A DNA stretch of 52,403 bases from Sulfolobales archaeon (GTDB lineage Archaea; Thermoproteota; Thermoprotei_A; Sulfolobales; NBVN01): contig JAWBTQ010000008.1 of the NCBI GenBank assembly GCA_038841535.1, forward strand, positions 1-52,403. The letters are read 5' to 3'. A model generated the notes under the pieces. It worked only from the letters and a program-made list of their open reading frames with translations, was not told where the DNA came from and ran no database searches. The translations under genes and the position numbers were made by a program. This document shows, one piece after another, positions 1 to 9,423 of the stretch. Numbering within the stretch: the stretch's first letter is position 1; the number at the start of each line of letters is the position of its first letter.

Positions 1-1137
1 GTCCCTTCTGTTGTGAAGCACGTTGCTAGCAGGTCTGAATTTTATACTGCCTACACTCCGTATCAACCGGAAATCACCCAAGGAATAACTAGAGCACTAT
101 TTGAATACCAAAGCCTGGTAGCAGACCTCTACGCTGTCGACGTAGTAAATGCCTCAGTATACAACGGATCTACAGCTATGGCTGAAGCCGTCAGACTCGC
201 CGTAAGAGCTACTGGAAGAAGAATTGCTGTTTTCTCTAGGAGTACGCATCCAGAAGTCGTTGAAGTTGTTAGAACCTGGTCTGAACCGGTGGGAATATCT
301 GTAAGTACGGTAGGCTATGACCGAGAAACCGGTAGAATAGACCTGAGCGAGCTTGAGGACCGAGTGAGGAAACTAAAGCCCGCTGCGGTAGCTGTGCAGA
401 CTCCGAACTTCTTCGGTATAGTAGAGCAAGATTTAAAGGAGATTTCGCAAGTTGTTCATGAAAGCGGGTCGCTATTGATAGTTTACGAAGATCCTATATT
501 CACGGGAATACTTGAGGCCCCGGGAAGGCTTGGAGCTGATATAATTGTTGGCGATACCTCCTCAATGGGTAGCGGACTTAACTTTGGCGGCCCATCGGCT
601 GGGATATTGGGAATTAGAGACCCTGAGGGAAAGCTACTGAGGCAGCTACCTGGGAGATTGATAGGGTACACGAAGACTGTTGACGGTGAAGACGAGGGCT
701 ACATCATGGTATTACAAACTCGAGAGCAGCACATTAGGCGAGAGAGGGCTACATCTAATATAACTACTAACTCTACTCTAGAAGCCATAAAAGCAGCTGT
801 ATACGTTACCCTCCTAGGCTCCAGTGGGTTAAGAAAGCTTGGTGAAGCTATTGCTGGTAGAACTGTGTTCCTGATAGAGAGACTTGAGAGCGCAGGTCTC
901 GAACCTGCTTTTAAAGGAGGTGTATACCTCCGCGAGGTCCTCTTCAGGCATTCCCACGTTAGTAACCTCCGCAACTTTTTGAAGAAGCACGGAGTATATA
1001 TTGGACCACTAGTCGATAGATTCTACCCGGAGCTAAGTAACTGCGGACTAGTCTGTGTCACGGAAGTTCACTCAAAGGAGGATATCGAAACTCTCGCTGA
1101 ACTGGTTAGAATGTTTTCGGAGGTGGTTACTCCTTGA
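1..1137 (+). CDS. gcvPA: Glycine dehydrogenase (decarboxylating) subunit 1, 5'-truncated by window edge
   Basis: Motifs RSEFYTAYTPYQPEI.QG, NAS.Y.G..A.AEA, FGGP and LQTREQHIRRERATSNI; the frame is open from base 1; 4-nt overlap with gcvPB. Confidence 0.96.
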   Translation, partial: VPSVVKHVASRSEFYTAYTPYQPEITQGITRALFEYQSLVADLYAVDVVNASVYNGSTAMAEAVRLAVRATGRRIAVFSRSTHPEVVEVVRTWSEPVGISVSTVGYDRETGRIDLSELEDRVRKLKPAAVAVQTPNFFGIVEQDLKEISQVVHESGSLLIVYEDPIFTGILEAPGRLGADIIVGDTSSMGSGLNFGGPSAGILGIRDPEGKLLRQLPGRLIGYTKTVDGEDEGYIMVLQTREQHIRRERATSNITTNSTLEAIKAAVYVTLLGSSGLRKLGEAIAGRTVFLIERLESAGLEPAFKGGVYLREVLFRHSHVSNLRNFLKKHGVYIGPLVDRFYPELSNCGLVCVTEVHSKEDIETLAELVRMFSEVVTP

Positions 1138-2642
1138 CTATGTTTAGGCAGGCTAGGTGGAGTGAGCCTGTAGTTTACGACATAAGTCATGACAGTAAAG
1201 AGGGGACTTTATTAGATGAGGAATTTAAGGACTATACATCAAAGTTTCTCAGTAAAATACCCAAGCATATAATACGGGATGCCCTCAACATCCCATCTCT
1301 AAGTGAAGTTGAAGTAGTTAGACACTTCACACGGCTCTCACAGATGTCTTATGGTGTTGACCTAGGACCAGTCCCCTTAGGATCATGCACTATGAAGTAC
1401 AACCCGAAGATCTGCGAAGAGTTGGCTAGTGATAGAAGAATAGTGGAAGCGCATCCGTATTTGGATGAAGAGGATGTTCAAGGACTACTCGAAGTCTTGT
1501 ATACCCTTCAGAAGTGGTTGTCTGAAATAGTCGGAATGGATGTATGCTCTCTACAGACGCCTGCTGGAGCAGCCGGTGAGCTCGCTGGCGCACTCATGAT
1601 AAAGAAGTACCATAGGGACTTGGGTGAAGCCCACAGAGACGAGATGATAGTTCCAGATAGCGCTCACGGAAGTAATCCTGCTAGTGCGGCTATGGCTGGG
1701 TTTAAGGTGGTTAGAATACCTACCGACTCTAGGGGAAATACCGACATAGAGGCTCTCAGAGCAGCTTTAAGCAAGAGAACAGCCGGTGTGATGCTCACAA
1801 ACCCCAACACACTAGGTCTTTTTGAGGAATACATAGTAGATATAGCTAGAGAAGTTCACGAGATAGGTGGACTCCTCTACTACGATGGTGCCAACTTAAA
1901 TGGAATACTCGGCTACGCTAGGCCAGGCGATATGGGGTTTGATGTAGCCCACTTAAACCTGCACAAGACATTTGCGGCACCACACGGAGGCGGTGGCCCA
2001 GGAGCTGGAGCAATATGCGCCAAGGGTGCTTTAGTCGACTACCTCCCAGTCCCCCTAGTGGAGTACGATGGTCGGAAGTACTACTTTAAGTACGACGTAC
2101 CTAGAACCATCGGTAGGATCAGCTGGTTTTACGGAAACATCATTCCAGCAGTAAAATCGTTTCTCTATATAGCAGCCCTCGGCCCTTTGGTGAAAGAAGT
2201 GGCTGAGGTAGCTAACTTAAACACTAACTACATGCTCAAGAAGCTATCGTCTTTACCCGGAGTAGACGTAGTATACGGGTACGGTAGATGGAGAAAACAC
2301 GAGTTTGTTGTTAGTTTCGAGAAGCTGTACAAGGAAACAGGTGTAAGCGCTGAAGACGTTGCGAAAGCCCTGCTTGATAGGGGCCTACACGCGCCAACAA
2401 TACTGTTCCCACTCATAGTTCCTGAAGCACACATGATCGAAGTAACAGAAACTGAGTCTAGAGAAAACATAGACCACCTTATAAACGCCTACAAGGAGAT
2501 CATCAATACAGCTTACACTAACCCAAGCGAAGTTAAGAAATCCCCTCAAAATACTTCTGTTAAGAGACTCGACACAGTTTACGGCAATCTACCTAAGAAC
2601 ATAGTACTAACGTATAGATCACTTAAAGAGAAGGTTACTTAG
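1134..2642 (+). CDS. gcvPB: Glycine dehydrogenase (decarboxylating) subunit 2
   Basis: PLGSCTMKYNP, PDSAHG.NPASA, YYDGANLN and PLP-lysine motif HLNLHKTF..PHGGGGPG. Confidence 0.97.
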   Translation: MTMFRQARWSEPVVYDISHDSKEGTLLDEEFKDYTSKFLSKIPKHIIRDALNIPSLSEVEVVRHFTRLSQMSYGVDLGPVPLGSCTMKYNPKICEELASDRRIVEAHPYLDEEDVQGLLEVLYTLQKWLSEIVGMDVCSLQTPAGAAGELAGALMIKKYHRDLGEAHRDEMIVPDSAHGSNPASAAMAGFKVVRIPTDSRGNTDIEALRAALSKRTAGVMLTNPNTLGLFEEYIVDIAREVHEIGGLLYYDGANLNGILGYARPGDMGFDVAHLNLHKTFAAPHGGGGPGAGAICAKGALVDYLPVPLVEYDGRKYYFKYDVPRTIGRISWFYGNIIPAVKSFLYIAALGPLVKEVAEVANLNTNYMLKKLSSLPGVDVVYGYGRWRKHEFVVSFEKLYKETGVSAEDVAKALLDRGLHAPTILFPLIVPEAHMIEVTETESRENIDHLINAYKEIINTAYTNPSEVKKSPQNTSVKRLDTVYGNLPKNIVLTYRSLKEKVT

Positions 2643-2643
2643 G

Positions 2644-4005
2644 TTAGATACCTTTCAACACTCTAGCTTTATACTCTCCTAGTAAGTTGGTGACTTCCTG
2701 AGACCATCGTGGAAGTTCTGCCGGTGATCTGGGATAACCGTAGTAGAGTGTTCTCACTCTGTTCATGTACTCTGCCACATTCTTCAGCTTGAGCAGTAGA
2801 GACGGTCTCCTCAAACCCATTAGGAACCTCATTGCTTTATCCACCACCGACAGTTCTAGGTCTCCTTTTAGAGATAGTGCGTTAAGGTCTTCTTCTTTTA
2901 TTATCTTCTTACTCATTCCGAACTCTATGTCCTCGTCAGACAGCTCCTGTAGAAACAGCCTGAACACGTTGAGTACTGCCTGCTTCACTCCATAGCTATT
3001 CATGTAGCATATATTAGCATTCCATAAGCCACTTGCATCTACTCTCCCAACTTCAAGGCCTTCTACTATCGCACTTGCTACACAATTAGCTGAAACCATA
3101 GCTGACCCCTTTCCACCACCGTGAACAGGATTAACAGTGTATGCAGCGTCACCCACTACAGCTATACCGTGCCAAACAAGGCTCTTGAGCGGGTCCCGAG
3201 TCGGAACTATAGCTCCTCCAGCTTCTACTAATCTACTACCCTTAAATAGTTCTCTACTTAGAACGTACTGGTAGAGGAGAGTCTTAGGATGCGGATAGCC
3301 GCGTCCTCCCTGAACCCCTAACCCTACGTTTACATATCCAGGTAGTGACGAATAAGGAAACAGCCACCAGTAGCCACCAGGAGCCACACGCTTGCTAACG
3401 TAGATCCTGAGCATCTCAGGTTCTTCAATTTCATGCCGCAGCTCGCGGACCTCTCTATACGCTATGTTACTATCGACCATTTCTAGACCTTCGGCTACAG
3501 GCCACTCGCTAGGTAATTTCCTAGCTACAGATCTCGCACCTCCCGACGCGTCTACTACCACTTTAGCGCCTACTTCTACTGACCTACCTTCTCGACGGAG
3601 AACCACGCCCCGGACAAAACCATTCCTGACTATAGGGCCTAATGCTGATGTCTCGGTCTCGATCTCTAGTCCTGAGTCTAGCGCACGTTTGACTAAGTAT
3701 CTAACTAGCCCGATTCTATCAACTTCATATCCGTCACCTAAGACTCTAAACCTAAAGTTCTCGCTAGGTGAGAATATGTCGATGCCTTTAACGTGGCCCT
3801 CTACGATTTCTGGGGGAAGATGCTCTAGCCCTAGAGACTCTAAGTGATGCCTACCTATAGCGTCACCGCAAGGTTTATCTCCAAGTCTACCGTATGCCCT
3901 CATATCGACAGCAAGAACCTTTAGGCCCGACTTAGACAGTCTATATGCTGTGTACGCTCCCGCGACGCCGAGTCCTACGACAACTACATCGAAGGTCTCG
4001 CTCAT
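2644..4005 (-). CDS. Geranylgeranyl reductase family FAD-dependent oxidoreductase (digeranylgeranylglycerophospholipid reductase-like)
   Basis: N-terminal GxGxxG, KPCGDA, GGYWWLFP and VGDAA..VNPVHGGG motifs. Confidence 0.9.
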   Translation of the reverse strand: MSETFDVVVVGLGVAGAYTAYRLSKSGLKVLAVDMRAYGRLGDKPCGDAIGRHHLESLGLEHLPPEIVEGHVKGIDIFSPSENFRFRVLGDGYEVDRIGLVRYLVKRALDSGLEIETETSALGPIVRNGFVRGVVLRREGRSVEVGAKVVVDASGGARSVARKLPSEWPVAEGLEMVDSNIAYREVRELRHEIEEPEMLRIYVSKRVAPGGYWWLFPYSSLPGYVNVGLGVQGGRGYPHPKTLLYQYVLSRELFKGSRLVEAGGAIVPTRDPLKSLVWHGIAVVGDAAYTVNPVHGGGKGSAMVSANCVASAIVEGLEVGRVDASGLWNANICYMNSYGVKQAVLNVFRLFLQELSDEDIEFGMSKKIIKEEDLNALSLKGDLELSVVDKAMRFLMGLRRPSLLLKLKNVAEYMNRVRTLYYGYPRSPAELPRWSQEVTNLLGEYKARVLKGI

Positions 4006-4121
4006 CTCTCGTAACCGTATTTACTGTATTGAAGCCGGCAATAATAAAGTGCGTAATTCGAAGTGTAAACAGGCTAAGATTAAACTTATTATTGTCAGGG
4101 CAAATTATTTGGGGAGTATTC

Positions 4122-4568
4122 ATGAGTAGTATTAGCTATAAAGACCAGAGTATTGCGGTAGTAGGTTCTAGAGTGTCTCAGGATAAACCAATGAAAATGG
4201 TTGTTAAAGCAGGGAACTACGAGATCATCTTAGACAAGCTCGGTGGTGAAGCTCCCTCACCGATAGAGTACTTACTAGCCTCATACGCAGGGTGCATCAA
4301 CATAGTGGGAGAGATAGTTGCTAGAGATATGAATATTAAAATTCATGACATGAAGGTGGAAATAACTGGGGTCTATAACCCATCTAAGCTATTAACCGGT
4401 TTAGGCGAGAGAGCCGGCTATAAGGAAATAGCTGTGAAGGTTAGCGTTGTTTCAGAGGCAGGCCTAGAAACACTTAGTGAGTGGCTTAGTAGAGTTAAGG
4501 AGAGGTGTCCAATTGAGGACAATCTTACGAGACCCACATTGATCAAGAGCTACGTCGAGAAGCTCTAG
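4122..4568 (+). CDS. OsmC/Ohr family protein
   Basis: PSPIEYLLASYAGC and RCPI Cys pair; start moved from 3945 to ATG 4122 (GGGGAG upstream, avoids head-to-head overlap with the GGR gene). Confidence 0.85.
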   Translation: MSSISYKDQSIAVVGSRVSQDKPMKMVVKAGNYEIILDKLGGEAPSPIEYLLASYAGCINIVGEIVARDMNIKIHDMKVEITGVYNPSKLLTGLGERAGYKEIAVKVSVVSEAGLETLSEWLSRVKERCPIEDNLTRPTLIKSYVEKL

Positions 4569-4617
4569 GGGTATTTTACTCGGCGATTTCGTGGTTTAAT
4601 ATTCCTTAAATTACTGT

Positions 4618-4935
4618 TTAGTTTTTCCTAAACCTCCGTGCGATGATCTCCTCAAACTCGATTATAGCTTCATCTATTCTCCTATCTATTTCTGCTAGTA
4701 TCTCTGGAGCTAGAGGTGATGGACTTTCTAGATACAGGTCAACGGAGAGGTTGAGTGCATCACTTACTCCCAGCTCTATGGACACTTGAAACTCTATTCT
4801 CGTACCTAAAACCGTGTTTAGGTTGTTCACGAGGAGGTCTCCCAGTATTTGAGAAAGCTCTTCAAGTGTCCTCTGATCTATTTTACCTAGCTCGAGACCC
4901 AAGTCCACGACATTCTTTAACCTTCTTCTTTTCAC
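4618..4935 (-). CDS. Small acidic archaeal hypothetical protein (DUF3194-like)
   Basis: 105-aa ORF with alpha-beta-beta-alpha pattern resembling DUF3194 proteins; TATA-like TATATA element just upstream. Confidence 0.6.
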   Translation of the reverse strand: MKRRRLKNVVDLGLELGKIDQRTLEELSQILGDLLVNNLNTVLGTRIEFQVSIELGVSDALNLSVDLYLESPSPLAPEILAEIDRRIDEAIIEFEEIIARRFRKN

Positions 4936-5034
4936 TCGACGACACCTATATATTAAAGCTTCTGTAAGTAAGAGTTGGTTAGACCCTGAGGACAGCCGCT
5001 CATGCGGCAGTGTGATTCAGGGTTCCCCTGGCGA

Positions 5035-5811
5035 CTAAATCTTTTCATTTATTCTCTCCGAGAGCTCCCTGAGTCTTCGGTCAATGAAATCTAGAACCTC
5101 GGAAATAGTTTTAGCGTTACTATATCCTCTAAGAATTTCCTCTAGATGGCTTCTAGGTTCGCCCTTCATAGCCTCTACGAACTCTGCTAGCTTAGGTAGA
5201 GCTCTAACAACGTTGTCAACTATGGTTATTGACGCAGCAAGAGAAGTTCTCGAAAGAGGATTTAAGTCTATGGCTATAACTGTTTTACCCATTCTCCTTA
5301 GTGCTTCCGTCCTATCCCCATCTTCTAGAGCAACCAGCACTACATCAGCCACGTATATTCCTCTAGGACTTACTTTCCTTCGCTCACTAAACAGCTCGGG
5401 AATCGTGGCTGTAGCGTCTTCAACACCAAGTACCTCATCTGCTCCATGAAGTTTAAGGGTTTCCGCAATCTTTCTCACACGCTCTTCAGTTCTATAGAAT
5501 AGATTTACCTCTATTCTAGCGTTAGAGGCTTTAGCTAACTTAACGACCTCTTCTGGCACAAGAGCTGCTACGTTACCATTAACTGACAAAACAGGGTGCT
5601 TAGCAAGTAGCAGTGCCGCAGCTGCCGCACGCATAGCCTTAAGCGCAGGCTCAATAGTCTTCTCTCCTATTAGGTAATCAAAGCACTCGCCTCTTCCGTG
5701 CGCAATTAGCCCTTGTGGAACGACTAAACCTTCTTCGAAGCCTTTAACCAGCTTCTCTCTGATCATAAGAGACTGGTACCTGGGGTGCGTTCTAGGTATT
5801 TCTACCCTCAT
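5035..5811 (-). CDS. Phosphopantothenate synthetase (archaeal PPS)
   Basis: IP.SHPRY.SL-like start, [26 protein letters not shown] and IDLNPLSRT motifs; in an operon with PoK and coaBC. Confidence 0.95.
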   Translation of the reverse strand: MRVEIPRTHPRYQSLMIREKLVKGFEEGLVVPQGLIAHGRGECFDYLIGEKTIEPALKAMRAAAAALLLAKHPVLSVNGNVAALVPEEVVKLAKASNARIEVNLFYRTEERVRKIAETLKLHGADEVLGVEDATATIPELFSERRKVSPRGIYVADVVLVALEDGDRTEALRRMGKTVIAIDLNPLSRTSLAASITIVDNVVRALPKLAEFVEAMKGEPRSHLEEILRGYSNAKTISEVLDFIDRRLRELSERINEKI

Positions 5812-6671
5812 AGTGACACCGTAAACCCTTGCTTAGATAGCTTAAATGATGGTATTGAGTAGCTACATATTTTCTCGACTATTCTACGTATTGACGAGCT
5901 CATTCCTGGCTTATGAACTACGACGAGTAAGGACTTCTTTATGAAGTAGCCTAAAACACCATCTAGGAGACTGCTGAACTCGGCTTCTAGCCTATCTACA
6001 ATCTCTTGCGGCATAAACCCGACCCCTTTAGAAAACTCCCTAGAAAGTCTCAGAAAGCTTCTTAGATTAGGTTCCGCAATGAACCTTCTATACGCCTCTA
6101 GACCTACATTCATGAATCTATCAGCAAACCTAGTTAACATTTCTTTAGTCGTCATTCTATCCCCTAAAACTCCTAGTGTGACTTCCACGTCTTCGACTGG
6201 TAGAGATATGGCCTCACCAATTCCTGGAGGACCCGGCTTCTTCCTTAAGACTAGCCCACCACCGACGGTTTGACATATAACATCGCCTAATCCTCCACCA
6301 ACTTCTACCTCTATCTTGTGGGCTAGTAGACCCACATCGCTAGGATCCGGCCTGATCCCTTGTTTTAGGTATAGGTATGAGTAAGCCAAAGCTATGGCTA
6401 GCGCACCACTAACAGCTGACCCGACCCCCAGAGGAATTGGGGATAGCCCGTAAACGGAGACTCCCGCAGCTGAGAGCTCTTGAGTTATTGGGTGGTATTC
6501 TTCCATGCACGCACCGTTTATGTAGACTGGGCAAGACCCTCTAGTGATTTTAAAGACCGCTGGAGGCTCGATAGTTAAGCTAGCTCCCAGGGACCCTGTG
6601 TCTTCGTGAGTTTTACCTCGATGAGGAACCCAAAAACCGCTTATGTTTAAAGGTACTTGAATAGTAACCAA
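5808..6671 (-). CDS. Pantoate kinase (GHMP family, archaeal PoK)
   Basis: P..ISGFW, TGSLGA, P.GVG...SGA and [11 protein letters not shown] motifs; lies between coaBC and PPS. Confidence 0.88.
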   Translation of the reverse strand: MVTIQVPLNISGFWVPHRGKTHEDTGSLGASLTIEPPAVFKITRGSCPVYINGACMEEYHPITQELSAAGVSVYGLSPIPLGVGSAVSGALAIALAYSYLYLKQGIRPDPSDVGLLAHKIEVEVGGGLGDVICQTVGGGLVLRKKPGPPGIGEAISLPVEDVEVTLGVLGDRMTTKEMLTRFADRFMNVGLEAYRRFIAEPNLRSFLRLSREFSKGVGFMPQEIVDRLEAEFSSLLDGVLGYFIKKSLLVVVHKPGMSSSIRRIVEKICSYSIPSFKLSKQGFTVSL

Positions 6672-6683
6672 CTTCCTTCTTCC

Positions 6684-7928
6684 TTAATTCCCTAGGTACT
6701 TCAGTATTTGGTCTAAGATCACTCTCGCTACTTCAGCTTTACGCGTCTTACTGACAACTACGCTTTCGCCTTTATCTGTTAGTACTACAACCTCGTTATA
6801 TTCTGATGCGAATCCTATATCCGGCTTACTAATGTCGTTAGCTACGACTATGTTAAAACCTCTTTTAGCAAGCTTTTCCCTAGCCTTAGATACTAAGTCG
6901 TCGAACCTACCACCAGCAAATTCTGCTGCAAACCCGACTACTAAGCCCTCAAACACCTTCCTTATCTCTGAAGAGATCTTGGGAGTCGGGACCATTACCG
7001 CACTCAAGCTATCGACTTCGCTACTGATCTTACCTCTAACTACGTCAGCAAACCTAAAGTCTACTGGAGCTGCCGCAAGGACTATCGCATCATAAATCTC
7101 TGACTTAAGCTCTGATAGAACAGCATCTAGCATTTCTTGAGTAGTCCTCACTGCTATAGACCTTATATAGTGAGGTGTTGCCATAGCTAACGGACCGTGA
7201 ACCAGGGTTACTTCCGCCCCCCTAAAGTAAGCTTCTCTAGCTATCGCTAAACCCATTCTACCAGAACTGGAGTTTGTTAGAAACCTTACGTTGTCCAGAG
7301 GTTCCCTAGTTGGACCAGCTGTAACTAAGAACTTAAGGCCTTTGAGGTCCTTACTGCGCAATACTGTCGTCTCCACGGCTGCGACTACTTCCTCCAGTGG
7401 TGGGTACTTAGCTCTTCTCTCCTCAATAACAGGAGGAACTATCGTAACACCTAGCTTCTCTAGTTTTCCGATTGCTTCAGAAATTGGAGGAGATGTTAGG
7501 AGACTATAGTGAGCCGCTGGAACCATCACTACGGGTTTTTTAAGCCCTAAGAACGACTGAGCTAGAACTGTTACTGAAGTATCTGAAACCCCCAGCGCTA
7601 TCTTAGCAATAGTATTAGCCGTTGCCGGTGCTATCACAAAGGCGTCACATATCTCGGCTAAAGTTATGTGACCTACCTCACCAGCGAAGTCTACGAATAC
7701 GTCGTTCCCAGTTGCCCACTCAAAGAGCCGCGGAGTTACGTACTTTGTAGCCTCAGGACTCATAACTACGTACACATCTGCTCCTAACCTAATTAGTTCT
7801 CTCGCTAGGTCAACACTCCTATATAGAGACACAGACGAAGTAATTCCAAGAGCTATAGACTTACCGGAAAGCACACTACTTAGCTTCCCCCTAATCTCGC
7901 TAGCCGGATGCCACTTGAGCTTTTTCAC
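6684..7928 (-). CDS. coaBC: Bifunctional phosphopantothenoylcysteine decarboxylase / phosphopantothenate-cysteine ligase
   Basis: APATANTIAK, VTAGPTREPLDNVRFLTNSSSGRMG, AAAPVDF and VGFAAE. Confidence 0.95.
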   Translation of the reverse strand: MKKLKWHPASEIRGKLSSVLSGKSIALGITSSVSLYRSVDLARELIRLGADVYVVMSPEATKYVTPRLFEWATGNDVFVDFAGEVGHITLAEICDAFVIAPATANTIAKIALGVSDTSVTVLAQSFLGLKKPVVMVPAAHYSLLTSPPISEAIGKLEKLGVTIVPPVIEERRAKYPPLEEVVAAVETTVLRSKDLKGLKFLVTAGPTREPLDNVRFLTNSSSGRMGLAIAREAYFRGAEVTLVHGPLAMATPHYIRSIAVRTTQEMLDAVLSELKSEIYDAIVLAAAPVDFRFADVVRGKISSEVDSLSAVMVPTPKISSEIRKVFEGLVVGFAAEFAGGRFDDLVSKAREKLAKRGFNIVVANDISKPDIGFASEYNEVVVLTDKGESVVVSKTRKAEVARVILDQILKYLGN

Positions 7929-8033
7929 TCATTTTACCCAAGCACACAAACAGCAGGAAAATATAAAGCAGTTCCAGTTAGTCATACTCTGCTCTTAACT
8001 CTAAATTTTTTGTTTAGCTAATCGTTCTTAGGG

Positions 8034-8522
8034 GTGTACATGGGAGCAGGAAGCTACATGATCAGACCGATCTCTTCTGAAGAAGAACTAAGAAGAGTAA
8101 TAGAAATTAACATGGAGACTCTACCTGAACACTACCCATACTTTTTTTGGTATGAGCACTACGAGTTATGGAAGGACATATTTTTAGTGGCTCTCGTTAA
8201 CGAGAGAGTTGTAGGGTATAACATGTGTAGAATAGAATACGGCATAGGACACATTAGAAAGGGCATCGTTAAACAAGGGCATGTAGTAAGTATCGCTGTA
8301 CTACCCGAGTTTAGACGCCAAGGCATAGGAACAGCCCTAATGGTAAAAGCTATGGACTTCATGAAAGAGAGGTATGGAGCAGGCGAGGTATATCTTGAAG
8401 TAAGAATAAGTAACGATCCGGCAATAAAGCTTTACGAAAAGCTCGGCTTTAAGAAAGTTAAGGTGTTAAAAAGGTACTACATGGACGGCGAAGATGCCTA
8501 CCTAATGGCTAGAGAACTTTAG
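8034..8522 (+). CDS. rimI: GNAT N-terminal acetyltransferase (RimI/Ard1-like)
   Basis: LPEHY, GHVVSIAV..EFRRQGIG, LEVR.SN..AI.LYEKLGF and YY.DGEDA; the start may be the ATG at 8040 or 8058. Confidence 0.9.
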   Translation: MYMGAGSYMIRPISSEEELRRVIEINMETLPEHYPYFFWYEHYELWKDIFLVALVNERVVGYNMCRIEYGIGHIRKGIVKQGHVVSIAVLPEFRRQGIGTALMVKAMDFMKERYGAGEVYLEVRISNDPAIKLYEKLGFKKVKVLKRYYMDGEDAYLMAREL

Positions 8523-8873
8523 ACCATAGTTACCGAAAGTGAGATACGGATTCCGTAACTAGTTAAAAAAACTTTAAAAACACGCCATGGCTATGACGCT
8601 TGTACCAGGATATCCATTCTTGCTCTCTGATATTCATTCATACACGGTCCAGGAACTACTACCTAGTCCGAAGGGATCTTGATATCTCTTCTGTAGAGTC
8701 ATGAGTGACTATCAAACTTGGCGGCACAAAACCTGCATCTACGTCTAACGAGTGCTCACTCCTTGGGCAGCTCGGGGCACGGCCTCCACCGCTTAGTGCC
8801 CGCGAAGTTGTTAAGCCCCTCACTAACAGAATCCCCAAAGAAACTTCAGTAAACCATGCTCAACAGAGTAGCT

Positions 8874-9077
8874 CCAGTACTCTCTATGAGTAGCGGTGTT
8901 GACGTAAGTTAAACCACTAGCCCTACTTGAGTAGCCGTTGGGCCAGGTGGAGATGCTCTCATCCTCCGGGCGCTCTTTCCTATCATAAACCCTCTTCTTC
9001 AGCCTCAGAACGCTCTTGCCACAAGTCGACACATCTTGACACGCTATGTAAATGCAGCGTGATGGTAGATACCTGCT
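8874..9077 (-). pseudogene. tnpB: Decayed IS200/IS605 TnpB fragment (N-terminal half)
   Basis: Translation YLPSRCIYIACQDVSTCGKSVLRLKKR..ERPE..SISTW...GLTYVNTATHR resembles, from memory, the crenarchaeal TnpB pattern LPSHYIYTACQDA..R.KSFL.LKK...RP.V..ISIW...IATHRG; no RuvC domain follows. Confidence 0.6.
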
Positions 9078-9124
9078 GGGACCGGGTCCTACCTTATGGC
9101 TTTCTGCGCGAAGTACTAGGTTCC

Positions 9125-9290
9125 TTACTGCGCACGTTATCGTTGAATCGAAGAAGCTCTCGAGAAGAGAGTTCAGGGCTGTCGCATAGCTCGCAAGTAT
9201 GTACAGAAACATGGTTAAACAGCTAGTGCTCTATGTTGTTAGAAGGGTACTACCTCGTTTACTGGGCTCAGGACTGCAAGTACCGAAAGC
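9125..9290 (+). pseudogene. tnpB: Decayed TnpB extreme N-terminal fragment, inverted relative to 8874-9077
   Basis: LLRT/(frameshift)/VIVESKKLSRREFRAVA*LASMYRNMVKQLVLYVVR...FTGLR/KYRK; in-frame TAG at 9187-9189 and frameshifts. Confidence 0.5.
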
Positions 9291-9423
9291 GAATCGGCAC
9301 GTATACACATATAGGTTTCTGAGAGTGTCCTAGGCATCACTATGACGTCGAACACTAAGTTTATAGGTCTATGGATTCCAAACATTTGTGGTGTAGTAGC
9401 TGACTAAGGCTGAGACCAGGAAC

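Noticed and set aside
3945-4121. N-terminal 59 codons of the 207-aa OsmC ORF
   Set aside because: Overlaps the GGR start head-to-head and covers AT-rich promoter DNA; ATG 4122 has an SD-like site
8823-9226. 129-aa (-) and 99-aa (+) ORFs as intact genes
   Set aside because: Better explained as read-through of decayed tnpB fragments; neither gives a coherent full-length protein
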